Positions 53,317 through 64,000 of a DNA stretch of 64,000 nt are shown here, piece by piece. Every line of letters starts with the position of its first letter. Within the stretch, counting starts at the first letter, position 1. Origin of the DNA: Octopus vulgaris (taxonomy: Eukaryota); assembly GCA_951406725.2 (NCBI GenBank), contig OX597826.1:1674001-1738000 (forward strand). Direction: 5' to 3'. The notes under the pieces were generated by a model that searched no databases, was not told the DNA's origin, and saw nothing but the letters and a program-made list of their open reading frames with translations. A program made the position numbers and the translations under genes.

Positions 53317-53800
53317 GACGCAGGAGTGGCTGTGTGGTAAGTAGCTTGCTTACCAACCACATGGTTCCAGGTTCAGTCCCACTGCATGGCATCTTGGGCA
53401 AGTGTCTTCTATAGCCTTGGGCCAACCAAATCCTTGTGAGTGGATTTGGTAGACGGAAACTGAGAGAAGCCTATCATATATCCCAAAAACCTGTTGGCCC
53501 ATGATCTCTTAAAGCCAACAGGTTTTTGGGACTTGATGATATGCCATAAAACTAAATCCTTTATGGACGGGTAACCTAAGATAATCTCATAAACCGGTCT
53601 TCCCCATTTTTAATATATGTATATATATATATTTGTGTGTGTGTGTGTGTGTTTGCCACCATTGCTTGACAACCAGTGTTGGTGCGTTTATATGCCCATA
53701 ACTTAGTGGTTCAACAGAAGTGACCAATAGAATAAGTACGACTAAAGATTCTTCAAGGTGGGCCCCAGCATGGCCACAGCCTAATTACTGAAACAAGTAA
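53317..53800 (+). mobile_element. Family B SINE with a foreign ~130-bp insert in its linker
   Basis: Head at 53317-53480, insert at 53481-53612, 3' module at about 53650-53800. Confidence 0.8.
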
Positions 53801-54037
53801 TAGGTGTTGTGAGTATATGTATGTTTGTTTTTTGTATGTATATGAGAATTATTGCTAATGTTACTTTAATGCTTGTTAATCTTGCATGAAGATAGAGATA
53901 AATAGATATTTGTAACATTCAATTATTTTTTGAATACTTTATCAATTACTCCCTTAGCTGGCTTTGAACAGACTTCTTTCAGTAGTTTGTGGTTTCTGTT
54001 AGTCTTCAAATAAGTAAAAGGTATTAAGTGAAAGGTA

Positions 54038-55217
54038 TTGAGTCATCCCATAATAATGTGATTTTTTTCAATTGCTTGAAAGTTCGATTTTAACAGTTAT
54101 TTTTTCAAAATTTATAATGTCAGTGACAACGGAACATATTCGGCATATTTTGTTTTAGGAGTTCAATAAAGGCAACAACGCAATGGAAAATGCAAGGAAT
54201 ATTAATGCAGTATATGGGAATCGGACAATAAGCATAAACCAGTGTCAACGGTGGTTCCAGAAATTCCGAGCTGGAAACTACAGCCTAAAAGACAAACCTT
54301 GTCCTGGAAGATCTGTAGAGCTCAACAAGAATGTCCTGCAAATACTGGTGGAACAAAATCCCCTCATAACTTGAGGAACTAGTAGAGAAGCTTGGATTTG
54401 GTTATTCAACAATTCCTCAACACCTGCGTGCCATTAGAAAACTCAGCAAATTGGGTCAATGAGTTCCTCACAAACTTTCCGAGTTTAATTGCACGCAGAG
54501 TGAACGTGTGTTCTTCTTTGCTGTCACATCTCACGAATGAACCTTTTTTGGACTGAATAGTGACTGGTGATGAGAAGTGGGTTCTCTATAAAAATGTTGA
54601 GTGCTGAAGACAGTGGGTAGGGAAAGGAAAAACACTGGCACCCCAGGCTAGAGAAGGTCTTCACACATGTATGGTGTTGTTATCCGTTTGATGGGATATG
54701 AAAGGTTTAGTCCACTTTGAACTTTTAAACCCAAACCAAACAATAACAAAGGAGATCTACTGTGAGCAGCTTGAGTTGCTTAAGTCTGCGCTTGAGGCAA
54801 AATGACAATCTTTGGTTTCAAGATGGAAGGTGTTCTTCCATCAGGATAATGCTCGCCCACATACAGCGAGGATGACATTGCAAAGGCTGGAGCAGTTCGA
54901 ATGGGAAACGATGCCCCACCCACCATATTCGCCGAACATTGCTCAATCTGATTATCATTTATTTTGCAGTTTTCAAAATGATTTAGACAGAAAAAATATG
55001 AATACTGTAGACGAGGTCTCTACAGTACTGAAATAGTATTTTTGGTTATGGACAAGTGAATTTTTGAAGAGGAGCTTTGCAAATCTAACAGATAGATGGA
55101 AGAGCATCGTAGAAAATGAAGGAGAGTACATTTTGGATTAAAAAAAGAGATTTGTTTATCTTTATTTTGAAAAATAAAAGAAGTATAAAAAAACACATTA
55201 TTTATGGGATGACCCAA
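54038..55217 (+). mobile_element. Full-length mariner (DD34D) DNA transposon, inactive
   Basis: TIRs ttgagtcatcccataa / ttatgggatgacccaa with TA duplications at 54036-54037 and 55218-55219. 1180 bp. Confidence 0.95.
54117..55141 (+). pseudogene. Mariner transposase pseudogene
   Basis: Motifs (W>stop)VPH, IVTGDEKWVLY, HQDNARPH, HPPYSPNIAQSDYHLF and the terminal ENEGEYILD*. Multiple stops and frameshifts. Confidence 0.92.
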
Positions 55218-55514
55218 TATATGGACACATCATAAAGATGTATGCACAAAGACATACAAACATTCAGAAATACACGTGCACACACACACACACACACATA
55301 CACAGATGTACACACACACACACGAATACAAAGACACACATGAAAGGAAACACAAACACATGACAAGCTTCTTTCAGTTTCCATCTACCAAATCCACTCC
55401 CAATGATTTGATCAGCCTGGGATTATAGAGTAGGAGTCACTTGCCCAAGGCGCCCCATTGTGGGACTGAACATGAAACCATGTGGCTGGGAAGCAAATTT
55501 CTTAACCATGCTTC

Positions 55515-55547
<33 letters not shown>

Positions 55548-56408
55548 CATTGTTATTATGCAAAATTGTTATAAGTTCAAAACATTCCTTTTCAGAGAAT
55601 GAAAAAATAGCTTCCGCATTCCATTTCTTTTTACATTAGCAACAGTTTCAGCTTAAAAATATTACTTTGTTGGGTGCATAAAATCCTTATTCCATGCCTG
55701 TATGATATTTTCAATCAGAAATATCTTTGCAAAACTGTCGTATGTGAGACTTACTGCACTTTTAAAAAGTGCTGAACCATTGTACTACACTTTGCAGTTG
55801 GAGATACGATAGTTTGACCAAAAGAACCGGCTATTGCAAGCAAAATTAAATATTGAAAAAAAATGCTTTTAGCCAAACTTGGAAGTATGACAGTTTAACA
55901 TAATGGAATGATATATATATATATGAGAGAGGGTGAGGACAAGATGTCAGAATTGTTTGCTCACTGAGTAAAATGCTGAGAGTAATTTCTTTTGGTTTTT
56001 TGTTCCAAGTTCAAATTCCACTGAGGTTAACATTGCCTTTCATCCTTTTGGGGTTGATGAAATAAGTACCAGTTGATCACTAGGATTAATGACCACCCCT
56101 CCCCCAAATTTCAGGCCTTATACCTATAGAGGAAAGAATTATAATTAAGATTAAGGCAGTAAGCTGGCAGAATCATTAGCACACTGGGTGAAATGCTTAG
56201 CAGTATTTCTTCTTGTTTTGAACATTATGAGTTCAAATGCTGCCAAAGTTACCTTTGCTTTCCATCCTTTTGGGACCAATAAAAATAAGTACCATTTGAA
56301 CACTAGGGTCAATGTTATTTACTGACTGCTCTCCCCAAAAATTTCTTGTGCCTAGCGTAGGAAGGAGATATATATGTATGTATATATAGATATATATATA
56401 TATATATA

Positions 56409-56906
56409 CTAGCAGTAATACCCGTCATTCATCGGATAATTACTTTTATTCTTTCTCAGGAGTCACATTCAAAGTATTATTATATATATTATAGATTTCT
56501 CAACGGGGATTTCAGGGAGTCGCTGGCGATGTATCGTGATGATCAAAAATCCGGCCTGCTAAAATTTGGTTAATGTGATTCAAACTGCAGGCTCAATGCA
56601 AAATGGTCACATTTAATTCAAAGCGTTAAAAATGTTATGAAAATAATTGGTATGTGTTCACAAAGTCCAAACGATTAATACGTAAAAAACCTCCCAGGCT
56701 ACATCCCGAAAATTCATTTCTTTGCCGAATTTCTACAATGTTTACGGCGATTCGTTTTTATATCTTGATTTTTTTTATTTTTCATGCAATTTACGCATGC
56801 TTGCACTTGTGGTGAATACAGTTCACGTCAAAACAGCTGACTGAGTAAAGTTCACTATTCAATGCATGGGATAAGGCCTAAACAAACACATTATAATATA
56901 TAGACA
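56409..56906 (-). mobile_element. Non-autonomous Helitron
   Basis: The minus strand starts A|TC(tgtctatattataat) and ends ...CTAG|T, with a subterminal imperfect hairpin (atccg-atgaatga-cgggt). No TSD; inserted at the edge of (TA)n. Confidence 0.7.
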
Positions 56907-57663
56907 GATGCTTATGAAAGATGCAAGCACATTAATTCAACAAATAATGTCATTATATTCATATATCATACAGTCAAAATTGAAACTTCAGTCTTATTCT
57001 GCATACACATATATATACACACAGGTAACAAACACATGCATATACATACATGCGCAAAAACATCCACTAATACATATAAAGAGATTTTATCCTTTTACAT
57101 CATACAAAAGATACATGTATGTACATACGTAGAGTTCACAGATCAAGAGGTAAGAGATAGGCCGTTACGGGCTATGCTTACGTTATTATTAATATATATA
57201 TTCACACACACACACACACACACCCTTGTAAGGCTTAGTGGTTAGGGTACCCGGCTCACAATCATAAGACTGTGAGTTCAATTCTTAGCAATGCATTGTG
57301 TCCTTGAGCAAGACTATTTCACATTGCTCCTGTCCACTTGGCTGGCAAAAATGAGTTGTACCTGTATTTCAAAGGACCAGCCCTTGTCACACTCTGTGTC
57401 ATTGCTGAATCACCCTGAGAACTTCATTAAGTGTACATGTGTCTGTGGAGTGCTCAGCCACTTGCATGTTAATTTCATGAGCAGTCTGTTCCATTGATCG
57501 GATCAACTGGAATTCTTATTGTCATAAATGATGGAGTGCCAGTTTTACAGAGAGAGAGAGAAAGAGAGAGAGGGAGAGAGAGAGAGAGAGAGAGAAAGAT
57601 GGCAATAAGATCTAGCAAAAAAATGCAAAAGAGAAACAGAAAAAAAATGTTATAATAAGCAAG

Positions 57664-57992
57664 TGGCACCTTGGGCAAGTGTCTTCTTCTATAGCCTCGG
57701 GCCGACCAAAGCCTTGTGAGTGGATTTGGTAGACGGAAACTGAAAGAAGCCCATCGTATATATGTATATATATATGCATGTGTGTGTTTGTGTGTCTGTG
57801 TTTGTCCCCCTAGCATTGCTTAACAACCGATGCTGGTGTGTTTATGTCCCCGTTACTTAGCGGTTCGGCAAAAGAGACCGCTAGAATAAGTACTAGGCTT
57901 ACAAAAGAATAAGTCCCGGGGTCGAGTTCCCCGATTTAAGGCGGTGCTCCAGCATGGCCGCAGTCAAATGACTGAAACAAGTAAAAGAGTAA
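57664..57992 (+). mobile_element. Family B SINE, 5'-truncated, low divergence
   Basis: Retains many CpGs. Matches 9165 and 41887. Confidence 0.9.
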
Positions 57993-58418
57993 ATCAGAAT
58001 TGCTCAAAATAAAGAATGTACCTCACATTTGGTTAAGTTCAATTTTTATCAAGTCTTAGAGAAAAACTAATTCAAGAGAATATATAAATAGTAACAATTG
58101 ACCTCAGATTCTCTCAGCAGAACACAAAGGCTGTATTATTCTAATGAGGAAAAACAAGAACTTGTATCAAAACAATCATCGTCTTTGGAAACAGAATGGT
58201 ATTTATGTAAAAATAAGAAGAAAAAACAAAGACAACAAACATGAATGGTGGTTAATAGCCACAGACATGGCTGTGTTGTTGTTAAGTAGTTTCACAACTG
58301 TATGGTTCCAAGTTCAGTCCCATAGTGCAGTGCCTTTGGCAAATGCATTCTGTTATGAGATTGGGTTGACCAAATTCTTGTGAGTGAATTTGGTTGACAG
58401 AAACTGAGTGCAGAGAAG

Positions 58419-58648
58419 GCAGTGAGCTGGCAGAGACGTTAGCACACCGGGCGAAATGCTTAGCGGTATTTCAACTGCTGCAACGTTCTTAGTTCAAATT
58501 CCGCCAAGGTCGACTTTGCCTTTCATCTTTTCAGGGTCAATAAAATAAGTATCAGTTGTGCACTAGGGTTGATCTAATTGACTTAATCCCTTTGTCTGTC
58601 CTTGTTTGTCCCCTCTGAATGTAGCCCCTTGTGGGCAATAAAGAAATA
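58419..58648 (+). mobile_element. Family C SINE nested in a family B SINE, ~20-bp degenerate TSD
   Basis: agaaactgagtgcagagaag (58399-58418) vs agaaactgattgcaaacaag (58649-58668). Confidence 0.85.
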
Positions 58649-58674
58649 AGAAACTGATTGCAAACAAGCCTGTA

Positions 58675-58705
<31 letters not shown>

Positions 58706-59484
58706 TGTGTGTGTGTGATGTCAGCATGGAAAAGAAACATTAAAAACAATGATGATAATGATGATGATGATGTGTGCTTGCATTTGTCCTTCACTACCAC
58801 TTAACCTTTGTTGGTTTGTTTACATACCTGTAACTTAGTGGATTGCAATATATGCATGTATATGTGTGAGGGAATGTATGTACATGTGGGTGTATGTATG
58901 TATGTGTGCATTATGGAGTCAAGGATGCATATGGGGGCTGTATTATACACACACATACATAACATTGTGCACATACAGAGAGAACACAAAACAAAGATAA
59001 ACACTAAGGTTGATTTGTTCAACTGAGTCTACAAGGCAGTGCTCCAGCATGGTTGTTGTCAAATGACTGAAACAAGTAAAAATAGAATAGGTGGAATTGG
59101 TAAATCCTGGGATAAAATTTCATTTTGGAAGTTACTACTGAAGAAATTGAAACCAAGATAAAATACTTTTGTGAAGATGAAGCCAAAATGAGGGTCAAAA
59201 TCATGATGATGTTTGTTAGGCGGCTGATGAAGGAAATTCCCCAGTTGTGTTGAATTCGATTTTATTCTGTTTTGTCTGTTTGTTGTTAATGCCTGATAAT
59301 TTGTTTTTGTGTTGCTTTCTTTTGGTCTGCCTTACTAGGATTAAACAAGCTTTGGTCATTTCTGATTCCTGGTGGGGTTAGTTACAGGGTTAGATATAAT
59401 TTTATTCATACAGACTGCAAATAATTATTGTTTGGTAAGGTTAATATTACCATTATAAGGGAAACATGAAGCACATGTATGCAT

Positions 59485-59544
<60 letters not shown>

Positions 59545-60235
59545 ATTATATATGTATATATGTATATAATATACACTCCTTGTGCATCCTTGATGCCATA
59601 ATGCTTGTATACATACACCCACAAGCACATACATTCCCTCACACACACATATACATATATTGCAATCAACACCACTGATAATAGTTAAAAACACTGAACA
59701 TAGCATCTGTCACAGAAATTTTACAGCAGATGAAAGCATGTCTACAGACCACCACCACCACCAATAAAAGCTCTGAAGTAAAGACATTGCAACCATCATT
59801 ATCTTAATCACTTTGGATGGTATTACTAAGTTTTGTTGGATGATAAACTTCTGACAGAAGATAATGGCGAAAAATAAGGAAATATAGCAGTGTTCAAACA
59901 GGATAAGAACTGTGTTCTTAATCTCTCACATTGGTAAGAACATTTGGGGAAACATTCAGTGATGGTGGTGGTGAGGGTGGTGGTGGTGGTGGTGGTGAGG
60001 ATGTGATGGGTGGAGGGAGTTAGAAGAAGGGGCTAAAAATAGGGAGAAAATTATACTGATAACATTATAATTTTTTTTTTAGAAAAGTGCAATTATTGAC
60101 ATAGTTCTTATTGTTGCTTCGCCCCAGGTCAATCATGATTGAGTTGGTGGACATGATGAAAGAAGGCATTCCAGCTATGATGATCCTGTATTTTGTGAGA
60201 AAGAGAGAGACAGACAGACAGACAGAAACCGAGAG

Positions 60236-60276
<41 letters not shown>

Positions 60277-61644
60277 GATGAGGTATTTATTAACTTGTTT
60301 CAGTCACTGGACCAGGGTCATGCCAGGGCTCACTTTTATAAAACAAATCAACCCCATGCTTTTTGCTTAAAGACTATTTTTTGAAGTCTGGTATTTTTTT
60401 TTATTATTGGAATCTTTTCTGAAACTGCCAAGTTACGGGGATGTTAACAAACCAACACCAGTTGTCAAGTGTTGGTGGGACAAACTCAGTGACCCTGAGA
60501 CCTACACCAGAGGAGTGCAAGCTCTGATAGACACCCCTCCTCCCTACCATTACTGGACAGCTCAAAGGACTGAGGCCAGGCTTATATGGACTTCCTCTAC
60601 CAACAGATAAAAATGGGTTTGTGTAAGGCTAAAAACTGCTACCTAGACAACTGAAAAATTTACTGAAGCTTTGATGACAATACAAAATCAACAAGACCTG
60701 AGAGAGGAGCAGAAAAGACAGCTCAGGGTTGAGAAGAGAGAAAAACACCCATTGATGGCCTATGCTGTGTAGGAAGTGAAGGGCTTTAGGAACTCTATCC
60801 ACTGATTTAAAACTTAGATCATCAACTTTCAAATATAACATGTTTATATTTAACATACGGTTATATATAACACACACACACACACACAAACATATATATA
60901 TATATAACATACAATTGAATCATCATCACTTAGCATCTATTTTCCATGCTGGCATGGTTGGACAGCCTGACAGGAACTGGCAAAGCTAGGGTCCATACCC
61001 GGTTCCATAGTTTGTTTTAGCTTGATTTCTACAGCTGGACGCCCTTCCAAACACCAATCACTTTACAGAGTGTACTGGGCGCTTTTCATGCGGCACCATT
61101 GCCAGAGCTTTTCATGTGGCACCATTGCCAGAGCTTCTCATGTGGCACCATCACTCAACAATGCTTTTGTGAACAGATGTTTAGCCTGTGTTGCGTGTCA
61201 TGAAGTGGTTCAAAAATTTATTCCTTCCTGGATAGGAAGCCAGTTAATCACAACTTTCCCTCATTGATCTTTTATGCATAGATGACAGCTACACAGATAA
61301 GCTAAAGCCATATAAAATAACATTGCACTCAGAAACACAATGAAATGGCTGCCTTAGATTCCAACTCACGATGAGAGAAAGAAAGAAAGAAAGAAAGAAA
61401 GCGGGAGCAATTAATACCCTACGTTATCCACCCAGCCACCAAAAGCTGTTAATCTAATGCAAAAAATTCCACAAAAATTGTTCTCAGGTGTCTTGGGATT
61501 CAGAATATGGATATGCTAATGTAGACAAAGAGAACCTAATACCAGGATGAAAATAGGTCCTGTTCTAACGAAAGGTAGCAAAGTATATCTTCAGAAATAG
61601 ATGCATGCAACAACTCCTACAAGTTTTTTGGTAACTTGTGAATA

Positions 61645-61679
<35 letters not shown>

Positions 61680-63219
61680 GTTCCGTCTGTCTACCAATGT
61701 GCTTAACCATCTGTTTGTCTATCTATCTGAGAACATACTTTGGTGTTTAACTTACCTACCAACTAAAACACCCACCTGCTTACCTACTAGTTTAGCTAAC
61801 TACTTACCTACCCGAACACCTGCCCACTTAAGTGTGTGTGTGTGCGTGTGTGTATATATATATATATACACACATACACCTATACATAAATATATGTATA
61901 TACAAAGAAAGAAAGGGTGCAGTTAAGCAAGCATGTGTGTGTGTGTGTATATATATATATATGCATAATATATTCTAGCTTACCTTGTCTCATACACACA
62001 CACACACCTTATTTGCTTGTCATTTTATTGTGGCCATTCTGGGGCCCCACCTTGAAGAGTTTAGTCAGTCAAATTGACTCCAGGACATACTTTTAATTCT
62101 GATGCTATGTTAATCAAACTACGAAGTTATGAGGACATAAACAAACCAACACAGTAGAGAGAGACAAGACCACAGACACACACACGCACACACAATATTG
62201 CTTTCCATCTACCAAAATTCACTCAGAGTATTTGTTGGCCTAGGAGTATAGAAGACATTTGCATAAAGTAACATGCAGTAGGACTGAACCTGAAACCTCG
62301 GGGTTGCAAAATGAGCTTCTTACCATGTGGCCATACCTGCACCTAGCATATGTAAAAAGGAGCAAATGGTGGATGGGAGAACATAAATATATGGATAATA
62401 ATCCATTAAAGAAAATTTGCTTCTCATCAGCATCATCCTTTAACGTCTGTTTTCCATGCTGGCATGGGTTGGACTGCTTGAATGAAATAATTTCTGGCAA
62501 TGAGGGGGTAACGATATTTGTAAAATGTTTTTCAGAAAAATGAGGGTGCTGAGCAAAATAATATTGAGCCCTGACAACTAATTTAAGGATAATTGTGTAG
62601 GTGCAAGCATGGCTGTGTGGAAAGAAACTTGGTTCTTAACTACATGGTTCTGGGTTCAGTCCTATTGTATGACTCCTTGGGCAAGTGTCTCCTACTATAG
62701 CTCCAGGCTGGCCAAAGCCTTCTGAGTGGATTTGGTAGATAGGAACTGAAGGAAGCTCATGTGTTTGTATCACAATCATCATCATCTTTAAACATCTGTT
62801 TTTCATGCTGGCATGAGCTGGACAATTTTACCAGCATTGGCAAGCAGAACCAAATTTTGGGATGACTTGGCTTGGTTTCTACAGCTGGATGCCCTTCCTA
62901 ACGCCAACCACTTGACAGTGTGTGCAGGGTGCTTTTAATGCCCGACCGGCATGAACACAGTTACATGGCTCCCGGTACAAGACTCTTGCAGACCTGATCC
63001 TCTTCACCAGGGGATGTGGCCTTAACACTTTTTCTGTGAAAGATGGATCTTCTTTTACTTACTTATTTATATATATATGTATATATATACACACAGGGTG
63101 CGACAGGTAAATTGTCACCATTTTATATTTTTTAATTTTGCACATGCACATTGTTTGATTTTGTTGATTACACAGTAATGTCAAATATTGAAATAAGCTT
63201 ACGGTGGGAGATAAGGACT

Positions 63220-63309
63220 TAACGCCAAACGTGTGCCATTGCATTGTTTTGGGGGAACCAAATTTCTGATGAGCATTATAGACCCATCAAACTTTAAGTG
63301 GAATTGTAG
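63220..63309 (-). mobile_element. Helitron Pif1-type helicase coding remnant
   Basis: FHLKFDGSIMLIRNLVPPKQCNGTRL resembles the conserved LKxGxPIMLLRNLxPPxLCNGTRL motif of Helitron/Pif1 helicases. Confidence 0.7.
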
Positions 63310-63499
63310 TCATGACAGATACTGGTGCCGTGCAACTGGCACTCTGCTGGTGGCATGCAAAAGCAGCCAATGCCTTGCAGAGGGGTTTTTTGCTGGTGGA
63401 AACTGCTGAGAATCTGTCATGTTTTTAAACATGCATGTATCATTGTTGTGTGGTGCATGGTTGTCTAAGCACAGGATTTCAGCTGAAATAAGCCACATA

Positions 63500-63709
63500 C
63501 AGTAATCCCTCGACTATCGTGGGTGCTATGTTCCCAAAACCCCTGCAACAGGTGAATATCCACGATGTAGAAACAGTACTTTACTGTATATTTTTCTTTT
63601 CTTATTTTTATAATTTGTATATATTTATTTCATTATAAATGCAAAACACCACCATGGAGGAATCGACATAAGCGTAAATAACAAACCACGAGATGGCAAG
63701 GGATTAGTG
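63500..63709. mobile_element. pogo/Tigger-like MITE
   Basis: TA|cagtaatccctcgactatcg ... cgagatggcaagggattagtg degenerate TIRs. Confidence 0.6.
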
Positions 63710-63880
63710 TGAACCACTAAGAAACGTATTGCACGATTTTTCCTCCACATGCATTGACTGAAAGCAACATTTGAATATACTGTGTGTGCGTGCATGCATA
63801 ATTATGCATGTGTGTGTGTGTGCGTGCATGTGTGCATGTGTGTGTGTGTGTGTATGCATGTGTGTGTGTGTGTGCATGCT

Positions 63881-63911
<31 letters not shown>

Positions 63912-64000
63912 CATATTTGATAGAGTAAGCCAAGAAATTTTAAAATTTAGTTTTAATAATGAGAATCAATTATATAAATAATTCTGGTCAAAACAGGAAG

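Overview
Eukaryotic, AT-rich, repeat-saturated DNA. The tRNA-headed SINE families, RTE-type LINE remnants and very dense (TA)n/(CA)n/(GA)n/trinucleotide tracts look like an octopod cephalopod (Octopus) genome; this comes from recognising the repeats and was not checked by a search. Nearly all ORFs in the supplied track are microsatellite or antisense artefacts. The one convincing coding stretch is a large minus-strand exon (acceptor at 15259, ATG at 15180, phase-0 CAG|GTAAGA donor at 14023). It encodes a disordered, charge-polarised Pro/Ala/Lys then Pro/Glu/Val/Thr (PEVK-like) segment with SH3- and EVH1-type motifs. A second minus-strand candidate exon (6337-6096), too short for the ORF track, encodes a clean 30-aa signal-anchor/transmembrane N-terminus that may form a 45-aa micropeptide. 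A SINE-free island at about 28.2-31.9 kb has a 27-bp GATA/TAATC tandem array between divergently oriented low-complexity blocks and may be a bidirectional promoter with a long 5' leader. Mobile DNA includes a full-length dead mariner, an internally deleted Tc1, hAT-, piggyBac- and pogo-like MITEs, a non-autonomous Helitron plus a Pif1 helicase scrap, and foldback/Penelope-like inserts in (TA)n, one a perfect 102-bp inverted repeat. One SINE family has inserted three separate times at the same nucleotide of another SINE family.
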